DNA of 64,000 nt from IMG/VR virus record IMGVR_UViG_2885526491_000007, positions 1 through 64,000 of that record. The stretch is one strand, 5' to 3'. The notes beneath the pieces were generated by a model. That model had not been told where the DNA came from. It was given only the letters and a program-made list of their open reading frames with translations, and did not search any database. The position numbers and the translations under genes were made by a program. Below, one piece after another: positions 10,218-20,746 of the stretch; positions within the stretch are counted from its first letter, which is position 1; the number at the start of each line of letters is the position of its first letter. Source of the DNA: a virus (lineage: Duplodnaviria; Caudoviricetes).

Positions 10218-10348
10218 CAATGTAAATACAAAGCGGTTAATCTGAGTACGGCTGTCTCAATTCAACTACAATGTAATACAAACTTATAAATCGATTATAT
10301 CATCAAATGTGTTAAAAGTACATATTTTTATTCTTAATGTATATTTTA
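10218..10348. repeat. Imperfect direct repeats upstream of parM (parC-like) plus promoter
   Basis: CAATGTAAATACAAA (~10218), CAATGTAATACAAA (~10269), weaker copies ~10303 and ~10335; TGTACT-17-TATAAT on minus strand. Confidence 0.45.
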
Positions 10349-10402
10349 AAATCTTCTTTATTACAGACTCACCGTAGGTATCTCAGTAAAATTGATGTTT
10401 CA

Positions 10403-10894
10403 TCAGGAATTGCTCTTCATAAAAGCCTTATGTTTCAAGGATAATTCAGTTAGCCATTCTTCATTATTGCATCTTTCTGTTCGTGTATCCAAGGCAAGGT
10501 CAATCATTGAACGTATTTGATCTCCATTAAGGTCAACATCATCAACTTCTATATCACAATAGAAATTCACATTTTCATGATACTTGCCGGGATTATCGAT
10601 ACTATTCAATTTGTTTTCTATGTATAGTTCTAAATTTACTTTTGCTTCTGGATATTCTTTCTTAATCATACCAACTGCTTCATGATATGTGAGTCTCCTT
10701 AAGTGGTCTCCATCAAATTGAAAGTTAAGAATGAAACTATTAAAGTGAAGCCGTCTTAGCGTGTAGTCGTATGTTACAGTTTTCTGATCGAAGATGTATT
10801 CTATTTTTAATGGCTTATCTTTAAATGTTGGATAGAATACTCTTAAATGTTTATCAAAAAGTTTAAACAATTCTTTATCGTTTAGTTTGATCAT
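10403..10894 (-). CDS. Hypothetical protein, IDEAL-like C-terminus
   Basis: MIDLALDT...EEWLTEL. Confidence 0.6.
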   Translation of the reverse strand: MIKLNDKELFKLFDKHLRVFYPTFKDKPLKIEYIFDQKTVTYDYTLRRLHFNSFILNFQFDGDHLRRLTYHEAVGMIKKEYPEAKVNLELYIENKLNSIDNPGKYHENVNFYCDIEVDDVDLNGDQIRSMIDLALDTRTERCNNEEWLTELSLKHKAFMKSNS

Positions 10895-11083
10895 ATGTAT
10901 TTACCTTCCTATTAATATGGATCGTTCTCGGTCTGGTAATATTCTATGCCGTAGTTTAGCTGCCACTCTACAAGTTTAACTATGTATTTGTCGTACTTCT
11001 CTTTCTCAATCAATCCCTTGTCAAATCTACTATTTAAAATCTTTGTGTAGCTTTGAATCTGAATAACGCATCACTCCTGTTCT

Positions 11084-11311
11084 CTATTTTACTTTTAAAG
11101 GTGTGTAACAAACTGAACAAATAATCCATGTACATGTGTCTAAGCAATTTGAAAACTGATACCACTTAGATGGCTCAAACCATTCCTTAGTGGATGTGAA
11201 TTTAGGTGTAGCTTCACAGTTACTGCAATATAGAGAATCGGTGTTGCTATGTATTCTTGCAGATGGTTTATATCCCAAAATTCCTATGTATTTTTTTAAT
11301 TGGTTATCCAC
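11084..11311 (-). CDS. Hypothetical Cys-rich protein
   Basis: CxxC pairs. Confidence 0.5.
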   Translation of the reverse strand: MDNQLKKYIGILGYKPSARIHSNTDSLYCSNCEATPKFTSTKEWFEPSKWYQFSNCLDTCTWIICSVCYTPLKVK

Positions 11312-11537
11312 CCTTATTTTACAATTCTTAAAAATGGGTCAAGTTGATCTTTATAATACCCCTTTAATTCTCCATCATTAAACATCAACGAGTACATTAT
11401 TTTTCCATTGGGATGCAGAAATGAATCTATAAGATCTCCCACTTCACCATGTTTATTATCGATGATGTAATTCACAATGTACTTAGTTACTCTTGCTCTC
11501 ATTGTCTCCTCCTACTATTATCAGCAATATTCATCTT

Positions 11538-12026
11538 TTACAAAGAATCATTCAATTCTTTTAGTTGATTAATTACATCACGCATGTACCAATACAAGTC
11601 ACTTATTTCCTCAGACTTGTACCCATCAAGAAAAATCCAATAACACTCATTCTCATACGCCACATTGACAGCTCTAACACTATAGATTTTATGCCATCCG
11701 AGATGCTTTTCCTTTAATCCACCATTTTGTTCTATGTATTGTTTAAACGCTTCATTAAACTGTTCATAACATTCAATAGCTTGAGTCATATTCTCAAATC
11801 CCATGTATCCCTCGACTCCGACATGATACCGATCTTTGTCTGAGTACCAAACCTTGTCTTTCCAAACACTAAAGTCGTCACCTTGCCAATCAAACACTTC
11901 CTCTGCGTGTCCATTGCTTGCTGCTTCATCGAACTTTCCCTGTCTGTAAGCTTCGTTATAATAACTTTGTCTGATTGGTTCCATTTCTTCTGAGTAGAAA
12001 AGTTCTTTTAGTTCCGAATTATCCAT
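11538..12026 (-). CDS. Hypothetical phage protein
   Basis: ORF with RBS. Confidence 0.65.
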   Translation of the reverse strand: MDNSELKELFYSEEMEPIRQSYYNEAYRQGKFDEAASNGHAEEVFDWQGDDFSVWKDKVWYSDKDRYHVGVEGYMGFENMTQAIECYEQFNEAFKQYIEQNGGLKEKHLGWHKIYSVRAVNVAYENECYWIFLDGYKSEEISDLYWYMRDVINQLKELNDSL

Positions 12027-12315
12027 TCACATCTTCCTCTCCGAAGTATTCTTTAATCGCCTTATCAATATAACTTTTTCCAATATTTAATGCATAATGC
12101 CTATTGAATACTGTTTGGTATACTAGAGGACATATTTTCTTTTTGATTTTTACATTGTGACTATGAAATAATCCGATTCCTTCAATCCACTCTGAATTAT
12201 TTTTATATGTGATTTTATATGTAATTTCATCATGCACATAGTACTTAATGATTTTATTTCTGCTCAAGATGTTCCTCTTTTCTATGTAAAATATAAGTTT
12301 CATTCAAACTATGTA

Positions 12316-12969
12316 TTATGCAAATGCTGGAGCTAATTTCTTCACACTACTTTTAAAATATTGATGCGCGGCCTGTCTCGATACATTCATTTCTCTGCCA
12401 ATATCAGAAATACTCATACCATCGAAAAAATACTTACGAGACACAATCTTCTCTTTTGGGGTTAATATACGTTCAATCTGTCCACTTAGTACATTGTCAA
12501 ACATGGAGTCTTCAACAGCAATCAAGTCAAGATGACTATCATCTGCCAATATTTCTGACAATAATTTTTCGCTGCCTCCTGAGTTTGTCTTGTAAAGATT
12601 GTTATCCATACTAATGCTGCTATATTTGCTACGACACTTCATACCTTTTGCTCTGGCATTTGCTGAGAACTCTCTTACTACCACCTTTGCTAAATAAGTG
12701 GAGAATTTAATATTCTTAGTGTGGTCATATGTCTCATAAGCTTTTATTAGTCCAACCATCCCCATACTAACTAACTCATCTGGTTCTTCAAGTGAGCCGC
12801 TAGTTAACGTCTTGTTAGCCAATTTGACTACAAAATGCATGTTGTTTTTGATAATTTTGTCTTTTAATTCTTTGTCTCCTGTCTCTTTTGCTAGTTTAAT
12901 CATTTCTTCATTGTTAAAATTTGCGATACGCTTCTCCAGTTTGATGCTTATTTTCATTGTCTCCACCAT
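12316..12969 (-). CDS. Sigma-70 family, sporulation-type RNA polymerase sigma factor
   Basis: Region 2 NMHFVVKLA...DELVSMGMVGLIKAYETYDHTKNIKFSTY; region 4 HTH MSISDIGREMNVSRQAA. Confidence 0.88.
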   Translation of the reverse strand: MVETMKISIKLEKRIANFNNEEMIKLAKETGDKELKDKIIKNNMHFVVKLANKTLTSGSLEEPDELVSMGMVGLIKAYETYDHTKNIKFSTYLAKVVVREFSANARAKGMKCRSKYSSISMDNNLYKTNSGGSEKLLSEILADDSHLDLIAVEDSMFDNVLSGQIERILTPKEKIVSRKYFFDGMSISDIGREMNVSRQAAHQYFKSSVKKLAPAFA

Positions 12970-13139
12970 TGACTACATATTTAATGTAGAATCTTTCTTT
13001 TGTATTGTTGATTTAAATGACACTTCAAAGTAAAATTAATCCTGCAAGGGTAAATTAGATGGTGAATCGTATGAAGAGTCGTTCCTTAATTGGAGCGATT
13101 TCTTTTTTTCTTCTTAAAACAAGTGTTTTATTAAAACTG

Positions 13140-14969
13140 CTATGCCAGCGCCAAACCATTAATCAGACAGTCATACAAGTCATTCGGTCTTTCTACGCCA
13201 TCAAAATTCATAAGACTAACCGCACGAACAATTTCTTTCAAGTTACCTAAGAGAAATCTATAGTCACTAATATCTAAATTCTCATCGCTACTCTCTCGAA
13301 GTTTGCTATCATCTATTACCGATCTGTCTATGTATACTTTATTGTTTATGTAGTCATGTACCGCTACAAATTCGTCTTCAATTTTTTCAATCGTATGGTT
13401 TAATACCTCAATTTGAGTTTGCTTTAGCACCATTACGTCACCTATGGCGAAGATATTTCTACTGAATCCGATCATCCGACTAATCATGTCCAATAACATT
13501 AGGGCTCGGCTTTCTTTTTTGCTCAGCTCAGTATTTGAGATGGATGCTTTAATCAAAGTGCTCTCAGTTAGTTCTGAAATGTGTACAATGTTTTGTTCCT
13601 TCCCCAATGTTTCTAAAATTCCACTTTCTAACTTATTCCTAGACACAATTACCTTGAGTTTGTAATGCTCTGCAATTTTAAATTTCTTTTCATGTTCAAC
13701 TATTTGATCGAATGATAACCAGAACACTGGTTCAGAGTCAAAGTCAATCTGTCGTCCTTTTCTTTCTTCGATTTTATCCTCATCAATTTTAGGTTCACTT
13801 CGTCCACCAGACGACCCTTCACTTCCATACCAAGTAGAAATACCATCAGCTTCAGGTGCTTGTCGTTTTACCTCTTGCGTGAATTCTATTTCTTTATGAT
13901 TCGATTCGGACTGTTTGGCAGCTTCTGATTTAATGAAAACCTCATATTGGTTGACGCTTCTGATCTCTGGATTCTTCCTTTTAGCCAAAGCTATCTTACT
14001 TAAGTATTTGGAATCATTTTCATTTTCTGTATCAAACACAAGGAATGACATCTCATTTTTCAATTTATCTTTGTCTGCATTCCATGAGATAGCATCGATA
14101 TGTTTTTCAATGTGTCTCTGTTCCCCTTGTAGGAAACTGTTATTAGCAAGCTCTTTGGTATATTCAGATATTTCCTTTAAAAATAATATGTATTTGTCAT
14201 CTCTAATGATGTCTTTGCGATCTGGAGAGGTTAGATTTAAGGTTTTATCATTGATGTGAAGATCGCCTTTAACATAATAGTAGTTATCAAGTTTCGTCAC
14301 CAACCTACCTTTATAAAACACTTTTAATTCTTGACTGAATCCTGAGTTCAATGCAATCCAACCTTGAATATTATCTGATTCAATTACACTAGAAAACACA
14401 CTGCCATCTGTATCAGTCAAATTCTTTTTCGGTTGAAGTTTATCATCACAATAGATATCTAACTCATGTATGTATTTTCCCAACAACTCAATTCGCTCTC
14501 GAATTAGAGATGGTGCTACTTCTGTAAAGTCAAAATTATTTAGTATCAATTTGAAACCTTCATATGTATTGTCTGTCTCAGTTACCTCTATGTCTGTTTC
14601 GTTATTCTGAATCATCTCGCCAACATTAAATACAATATGCTTGTTTCCCGTAAACACTTCAATATGATCGCTCACAGTAATGTTGCTGAAGAATCCCATT
14701 CCAAACGGCGACTCTGATTTTTGAATATCTTCATCCCACTCTGACTCAGCGATTGAAAATAGGGCTTGTGGATTGGCTAGTGCTTGACCATTATTTTCAA
14801 TCGTAACTTTCTTGTTGTAGTAGTCTATTGTTACATGAACCTCAGTAGCTTTGGCTCGTTGAGCGTTCTGAATATCTTCATCAAGGAATGACAGCTTGTC
14901 CTTGAATGTACTCTGTCGTAGCAGTTTTAATTGGTTAATTACATTAACCTTTACTTGAACATTACTCAA
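13140..14969 (-). CDS. GHKL (Hsp90/MutL-like) ATPase-domain protein
   Basis: EDIQNAQRA, ENNG, FGMGFFS. Confidence 0.75.
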   Translation of the reverse strand: MSNVQVKVNVINQLKLLRQSTFKDKLSFLDEDIQNAQRAKATEVHVTIDYYNKKVTIENNGQALANPQALFSIAESEWDEDIQKSESPFGMGFFSNITVSDHIEVFTGNKHIVFNVGEMIQNNETDIEVTETDNTYEGFKLILNNFDFTEVAPSLIRERIELLGKYIHELDIYCDDKLQPKKNLTDTDGSVFSSVIESDNIQGWIALNSGFSQELKVFYKGRLVTKLDNYYYVKGDLHINDKTLNLTSPDRKDIIRDDKYILFLKEISEYTKELANNSFLQGEQRHIEKHIDAISWNADKDKLKNEMSFLVFDTENENDSKYLSKIALAKRKNPEIRSVNQYEVFIKSEAAKQSESNHKEIEFTQEVKRQAPEADGISTWYGSEGSSGGRSEPKIDEDKIEERKGRQIDFDSEPVFWLSFDQIVEHEKKFKIAEHYKLKVIVSRNKLESGILETLGKEQNIVHISELTESTLIKASISNTELSKKESRALMLLDMISRMIGFSRNIFAIGDVMVLKQTQIEVLNHTIEKIEDEFVAVHDYINNKVYIDRSVIDDSKLRESSDENLDISDYRFLLGNLKEIVRAVSLMNFDGVERPNDLYDCLINGLALA

Positions 14970-15506
14970 TTAATTGTCCTCCTTTTTGGGAGAAAACATA
15001 TCAACCGCATCCACAACATCTAATTCATATTTTTCATTTTTGTAAAGTTGAGCTACACCTTCATTCATTAAAATACTCTTTTCCCACATGAGTAGTTTAG
15101 CGTTGTCTTTTTGTAATCCCTTAATCATATTATCGTTGCTATACATCTTACTCCTAATTGACTCGACAACTAAACCAGCACTCTTTTTAGCGTTTCTATT
15201 GACCAGATACTTTTCACCCCGATATCCCCTAGGAATATGAAGTTTGTCTGTTTCATCATAAAGACAAAACTCTTCCTTCGTTACTTCTTTGGCATCATCT
15301 ACCATCATTACAAAACTCATTCGATCCTCAATACCATTTACCAGATACCATTGTTCATTATTATCAAACTCCTTCGTAATGCTGTTACTCCAATATGTAT
15401 CGAAAGCCCACATAAGTCCATTCTCACTCATAGCCGTATGCACAATTCCATGCCTACAACCTGTGCTGCTATTATCAATCCTATAAATCGCTTTTTCTTG
15501 AATCAT
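14970..15506 (-). CDS. Hypothetical phage protein
   Basis: ORF with RBS. Confidence 0.65.
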   Translation of the reverse strand: MIQEKAIYRIDNSSTGCRHGIVHTAMSENGLMWAFDTYWSNSITKEFDNNEQWYLVNGIEDRMSFVMMVDDAKEVTKEEFCLYDETDKLHIPRGYRGEKYLVNRNAKKSAGLVVESIRSKMYSNDNMIKGLQKDNAKLLMWEKSILMNEGVAQLYKNEKYELDVVDAVDMFSPKKEDN

Positions 15507-15862
15507 TTCATCTCTCCTAATTTGATTGTAGGATTTAACACTGTCAACAAATCTTCAATCTTAACATGCGAATATCTAGCGGCTTCATATCTTGCTGCTC
15601 TCCAAGTGTCTTCATCTATTTCTTTGTCCCTAAACTCTGCAACTATCTTATTCATGAAACGTTTAGCATTTCGATTTATATCAGTGTACTCAACTGTACT
15701 CAATGGTATCGCACTCTGAGTTTTCTCATTGAATCCAGAGCAGATTCGTCTATCATAAACTTCAGTCTGATAATAATATTCAAGCCACTTAACAAATGCA
15801 TGTTCATAGTGCACTTGGCTTGGTGAAGCGAATATCTCATAATATTCACGATGAAAGTCCAT
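15503..15862 (-). CDS. Hypothetical phage protein
   Basis: AAAGGAG RBS just after palindrome site. Confidence 0.65.
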   Translation of the reverse strand: MDFHREYYEIFASPSQVHYEHAFVKWLEYYYQTEVYDRRICSGFNEKTQSAIPLSTVEYTDINRNAKRFMNKIVAEFRDKEIDEDTWRAARYEAARYSHVKIEDLLTVLNPTIKLGEMK

Positions 15863-15916
15863 GATTCGATCTCCTTTCTCTGTAAAACAGGTATTTTAAC
15901 TAGAACAATCACATAT

Positions 15917-16324
15917 TTAGTTGATAGTTTTAATTTTGACTGACTCAAGTTCTTTAACTTGGTTGCTCCAATACTCAACTTTATACTTAGCATATTCAAG
16001 TTCATATTCTTCTCGAAGTTTTTCCTCTTCTTCTTCAATATTCTCAAGGTAATCAATCATTTTTTGAATGTCGCCAACACCACTATGTATCCAGTAACCA
16101 TCGTAGACTTCTTTAATCTCATACGCTACTTCAAGGGGTGTCATGTCTCTATAATTGATACAATCTTTTTCAATATCAACCAAAAATGACTTCCAAAGAT
16201 CTTTAGCGTCATCTCTTCCAATTACAAAATAATAACGAGCACTTTCTTCTGATGACCCAAGTGTGTATCTGCCTTGTTGACAAGTTACTGTTACGAAATT
16301 CTTTTTTGGTTCTTGAATAGTCAT
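15917..16324 (-). CDS. Hypothetical phage protein
   Basis: ORF with RBS. Confidence 0.65.
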   Translation of the reverse strand: MTIQEPKKNFVTVTCQQGRYTLGSSEESARYYFVIGRDDAKDLWKSFLVDIEKDCINYRDMTPLEVAYEIKEVYDGYWIHSGVGDIQKMIDYLENIEEEEEKLREEYELEYAKYKVEYWSNQVKELESVKIKTIN

Positions 16325-16355
16325 AGTTTAATATTCTCCCTTTTATGTCAATTAT

Positions 16356-16646
16356 CTAATCTTCAATATCATCTTTCATCGCTTCCCATAGAGCATCAAC
16401 TAATTCTTTTCCTTCGTAGTGCCTATCAGTATGAAAAGTACACACATTCCATTTCCCATCTATAATACTTCTGCCAACTGTTACTTCGTCCAAATAGTCA
16501 ATCATCTTACCAATATCCATCTTCCTATGGTGATAATTAGCCCAATCTTTACGAGGGACAATTTCATTAAAAAATGAGTAGAATTGTTCTTCGGTCACTT
16601 CTTTGGCTTGCTTGGGCGTTATATGATATTTCATATGTGTCTCCAT
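16356..16646 (-). CDS. Hypothetical phage protein
   Basis: Coupled ORF. Confidence 0.6.
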   Translation of the reverse strand: METHMKYHITPKQAKEVTEEQFYSFFNEIVPRKDWANYHHRKMDIGKMIDYLDEVTVGRSIIDGKWNVCTFHTDRHYEGKELVDALWEAMKDDIED

Positions 16647-17380
16647 TAGTTATCCCATGGGATTCTGATTGCATATTTGTTTTCACCGTAATATGTAGTT
16701 GTCCATTTTTGTTTTGAGCACCACTCATTCAGATACTTTTGCAATTCATCTTTTCCTTCAATATTATCTAATGCATCCTCATGTAAATCTTCGGACTCAC
16801 GATCTAAGATGTCGTCAGCATCAAGAGAAAGACTTGCTGAACGAGTACCCCACACATAGACTGGTTTCGGCTCATCTGGTTCATGATTATCTTCCCATGT
16901 CTCAATGAATTCATCAAAACTTGCAAAGTAACCATCGCTGTATGGATAGTCGTCTGATTGATACATCCCCATATTCTTGGCAATATCATTAGTCGGATCT
17001 AATTTAATTGCTTTATCCCACAATTCTTGTTCTCTTACTGCTCTTTGAACATCTTTTTCATGTAATGCATCTGGGCAATCACAATCATTAAACCGTGATA
17101 GTTTTTCATTGCAAAATTCACACAAATTCACTACTCCTGAATAGCAGTGTCTACAGCTAATTATGTATTGATTATCGTAAGGAAAGAGTTTGCTTTTGTC
17201 TGGATCATCGGATAATCCGTATATTTTGTTTGTAATTTCTAATCCAGTTCCTTTACAATCATCACACGGTTTCTGGTGTTTCTGTAAGTCCTTTTTTAGT
17301 CCATTTTTTAAAACTTTAGATAAATATGATAATGCATCAACTGTTACTGTGACTGGTTTTTCAAATAATGATTCTGTCAA
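16646..17380 (-). CDS. Protein with DnaJ-like CxxCxGxG zinc finger
   Basis: CDDCKGTG, CRHC, CEFC. Confidence 0.65.
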   Translation of the reverse strand: MTESLFEKPVTVTVDALSYLSKVLKNGLKKDLQKHQKPCDDCKGTGLEITNKIYGLSDDPDKSKLFPYDNQYIISCRHCYSGVVNLCEFCNEKLSRFNDCDCPDALHEKDVQRAVREQELWDKAIKLDPTNDIAKNMGMYQSDDYPYSDGYFASFDEFIETWEDNHEPDEPKPVYVWGTRSASLSLDADDILDRESEDLHEDALDNIEGKDELQKYLNEWCSKQKWTTTYYGENKYAIRIPWDN

Positions 17381-17426
17381 AATGATTCCTCCAATTTTCT
17401 TTATTTATGTTATTCCCAGTTTGGTT

Positions 17427-18059
17427 TTATGTATTTGCATGATCATAGTCAATCCAGCTAATAATTTTTCTATACCTAGTTTCGCTAAAAAAGTATTTCT
17501 CCTTAACATACCAATCATAAAAACTGTGCTTCTTTTTAGAAGAGTTGCACGAAATACATCCGGGTACACAATTACTAATATCATTTTCACCATCGGATTC
17601 AAAGTGATCTCTATGTAATTGTTGTCCATATAACTCCTTGTGTTCGTCATCGCTCATCCCGCAATAGGAGCAAGAGTATCCAAAATATTTCTTACAAGCT
17701 TGCCACTCGCTAGATGATAATTTAAAATCCTTATCCTTTCTTTTCTCTCTGTAAGATTTGATTTTATCCTTATTTGCTTGCTGCCATTCTTTTTGTTTAC
17801 CTTCGCCTCTTCGGCGTTTCTGAATTTCATAGTTTTGCAATTTTCGTCTATGTGTTGAATCTATCCTGTTAATTACAGCTAAGTATTCATCATAATGCTC
17901 TAGATTTCTTTTTCTTGATCGTTTTACGGTGCACTGTTTGCATTCTGGATAATAATAAACATAATCTCCTCTAGTTTTACTGCTGTTAATTCTTGAATAA
18001 AAATCAGTTAGTGGTTTTACTGTGTGACAGGTTTTACATTCCTTCTCTAGATTTTCTAT
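17427..18059 (-). CDS. HNH endonuclease with N-terminal zinc finger
   Basis: CSYCG...DH...NCVPGCISCNSSK; frame open back to ATA 18059 (CKTC...CKQC). Confidence 0.8.
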   Translation of the reverse strand: MENLEKECKTCHTVKPLTDFYSRINSSKTRGDYVYYYPECKQCTVKRSRKRNLEHYDEYLAVINRIDSTHRRKLQNYEIQKRRRGEGKQKEWQQANKDKIKSYREKRKDKDFKLSSSEWQACKKYFGYSCSYCGMSDDEHKELYGQQLHRDHFESDGENDISNCVPGCISCNSSKKKHSFYDWYVKEKYFFSETRYRKIISWIDYDHANT

Positions 18060-18062
18060 GCT

Positions 18063-18389
18063 TTATTCTCCTTTCTCTTCTTCATCGTCTTGTTTTAAAA
18101 ATGTTTCAAGCCACTTAATGTCACGTAATAATGCCTTCTTTTGATTGTCGATTATTCTCTGAGCAACTTCAAATTCAATTACGCCCTGATGTGCCAAGTT
18201 CGACGTGTTTTTAATTAGTTGAACAGTGTCATCGATGGTTTTGGCGTAATCAACTACATATCGAATTGAATCTCTTGATGGTGAAAGTGAAGCATCAACC
18301 TTTCTTCTCTCCTCCTCTGAGTTGTGAATAGCTTTCATCCATGCTTCAGTTTGATCCACTACTCTATTTTTCTTATTTGATTTTGTCAT
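18063..18389 (-). CDS. Hypothetical phage protein
   Basis: ORF with RBS. Confidence 0.6.
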   Translation of the reverse strand: MTKSNKKNRVVDQTEAWMKAIHNSEEERRKVDASLSPSRDSIRYVVDYAKTIDDTVQLIKNTSNLAHQGVIEFEVAQRIIDNQKKALLRDIKWLETFLKQDDEEEKGE

Positions 18390-18772
18390 TGCATATCCTC
18401 CCTAAAGTTATTGTATCTACTTTTCAGTAAACCTTTACCCTTCAATCTGAGAGCATTGTTGCTTGGCTTAACAAACTCTTTCATACGGATCTTGCTACCA
18501 TGCTTGTCGTATTCCCAACCGTATTTACCAGTACCTTCACATTTCGGGCAATCATATGAGTTCCATGGGTCGTAAGGATATCCATACTCTACGCGGCGTT
18601 TACCATCACATTCTTTGCAATCTGGAAGATCAAACAGGAGAAGGTTTGGATCATCTTCCTCTGTATCAGCAACCAACCAATTGCAATATTCCCGTATATA
18701 TTTTTTAGTTTTTCGTGACACTTTATTGCATGATTTAGAAGAGTAGTTAAAATGTTTCTTCTTTATTTTCAT
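18386..18772 (-). CDS. Protein with DnaJ-like zinc finger
   Basis: CKECDG...CPKCEGTG. Confidence 0.6.
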   Translation of the reverse strand: MKIKKKHFNYSSKSCNKVSRKTKKYIREYCNWLVADTEEDDPNLLLFDLPDCKECDGKRRVEYGYPYDPWNSYDCPKCEGTGKYGWEYDKHGSKIRMKEFVKPSNNALRLKGKGLLKSRYNNFREDMQ

Positions 18773-19235
18773 AGCACACCTTCAAAAAATAAATCATGGT
18801 GTATTTCTCCCCACTTATCAGTACCTCGTAGTAATTTCGCTGAACATCTTACTCTCTTTTTAGTCTTTCGAGAGCAACCATGAATAGACTTGTGTTTTCT
18901 TAGAAAAATCCAATCCTTACTTTTCATTTGACCCTTACCACCAAACACCGTCCTCATACTTCTCTCTCCTTATGACTTTAGATTTTCTTTGACTTGTTGC
19001 TTAAACTAATCACTGCTTCCCATTCACCCTTACGTTCTTCATCTGTCATCCCGTTGTTATTCATTGAAGCATAGTGTACTCCGATCCATTTGACGTTAAG
19101 TTTCTCTGGAGAATATCTCTTCCCTTGATTCGATCTCACCGTGAATCCATTTGCACTGTACTGAGCTGCTTGCAGTAAGTTCATATCAGTTATATCTCCT
19201 CATTTTTGATAATTTCATTCGCTTTTATATGTATT

Positions 19236-19616
19236 TTAGACAAGAATTTCTTCGACTCTAATCCCCCATCCATCTCGATAGGACTCATTTTCGTCATCAA
19301 TTCTTCCAACATTCTTTACAATTTTGCTTATTTTGCTTTCCATTTGCGTAGCACTTAAAGATTGATGTAAACGCTGAATTTTTGCTAATTCATGTTTAAT
19401 AACTCTTCTCTCTCTTAAAACTTTTTGAAGTTCCTTATATTTCTTAAATCCTGCGGAAGCGTTAAAATAATTCGTCTCAATATCATGATAAATATTTGAC
19501 ACTTTTTTATCATATTCAGACTGTAGCGCTATTAAGGACTCATAATCTTCTTTCATTTTATTGATGGTTTCAATAAGAACATTTCCGTATTTAACTGCCA
19601 AGCACATTGCTAACAA
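19236..19616 (-). CDS. Hypothetical coiled-coil phage protein
   Basis: ORF. Confidence 0.6.
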   Translation of the reverse strand: MLAMCLAVKYGNVLIETINKMKEDYESLIALQSEYDKKVSNIYHDIETNYFNASAGFKKYKELQKVLRERRVIKHELAKIQRLHQSLSATQMESKISKIVKNVGRIDDENESYRDGWGIRVEEILV

Positions 19617-19662
19617 CCCCTTGTTATATGTATTATTAATTCTGATAAAAGACGGCTTTCAT

Positions 19663-19950
19663 TTAAATGATTGCTTTTCCAGCTTTCCAATCATAGGCAT
19701 TTTTTACCGATTTCCTTATATCAACACATTTACTCAAGTCCTTGTACATATCCACTACAGTATTGTTCTGAATAATGAAACAGTTATGGTAATATTGAAC
19801 GTGCCTCTCTTTTTCAGTTCTCTTGATCGTTTGTCCCAGCACAATACTTCTTTCGATTTTGTACTCCACTTCACTGAATGAATCACATTTCATGTAACTC
19901 AAAGGACAGAGTTCTGCATACTTCTCAACAACATTATTTTTAATTTTCAT
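19663..19950 (-). CDS. Hypothetical phage protein
   Basis: ORF with RBS. Confidence 0.6.
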   Translation of the reverse strand: MKIKNNVVEKYAELCPLSYMKCDSFSEVEYKIERSIVLGQTIKRTEKERHVQYYHNCFIIQNNTVVDMYKDLSKCVDIRKSVKNAYDWKAGKAII

Positions 19951-20132
19951 ATGTATTTTACCTCTTATTTTTATTATTTTTGATACTTTTCATCTATGTA
20001 TGTATAACAGTATTCTTGTTCTTCATCATATCTACCTAATTCATAGCACATGTTTTTGTGTGCCTCTCTGATTCCTTCAAACGCTTTACTCCAAAACAGA
20101 TATTGAATCAATTTGTCGATCATATGTATTTA

Positions 20133-20633
20133 CTATCCTCCCATCGACATCAATAAGATTGTTATGTAATTATAAATTGAATGGCTCACTATTGTTACTA
20201 AGATATTTTCACTTTTCTTATAATGCCACGACCATACAAGTCCCAGCCAAATATACCCTAAAGATAAGGAAAAATTAAAGTGAGGAATCGCAAAGATCAA
20301 TGAACTAGTTAGAGCTGCAATTATGAACCCAAATCTTTTATCTAACCATCCAAACATAAATTTTCTACATATTAGCTCCTCAATTAAAGGACTAAACAAT
20401 ATACTGTAGACATAAACAATTGGCAAACTAATAATTGTTGTAGCAGTATCATTTGAACTTGCCAAAGACGCTATAATGTTAAATCCTATAAATGATAATG
20501 CTGTAGCATAAAGAGCGTGTCTCCAAAAATTCAAAGTGACGATATCTTTAATTTTCTCATGCGTGACCCAATGTCTGTGGTTTCTGATAATTACAACTAG
20601 TAACACTGTTGGCAGTAGCAGCAATACTTTCAT
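20133..20633 (-). CDS. CPBP/Abi (CAAX-protease-like) intramembrane metalloprotease
   Basis: PLIEELICR, FAIPH, HSIYN; hydrophobic. Confidence 0.85.
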   Translation of the reverse strand: MKVLLLLPTVLLVVIIRNHRHWVTHEKIKDIVTLNFWRHALYATALSFIGFNIIASLASSNDTATTIISLPIVYVYSILFSPLIEELICRKFMFGWLDKRFGFIIAALTSSLIFAIPHFNFSLSLGYIWLGLVWSWHYKKSENILVTIVSHSIYNYITILLMSMGG

Positions 20634-20677
20634 TTATACTGATCAATTCTCCTCTCATATCACATCTCCTTAAATAA

Positions 20678-20706
20678 GAAAAAGTACAGGTTTTTAACCT
20701 GTACTC
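20678..20706 (-). terminator. Rho-independent terminator after thyX
   Basis: AGTACAGGTT-AA-AACCTGTACT stem-loop followed by T-run. Confidence 0.6.
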
Positions 20707-20746
20707 ATCTTATCACATATTATATTGTTTGTACATATCTTTATTC

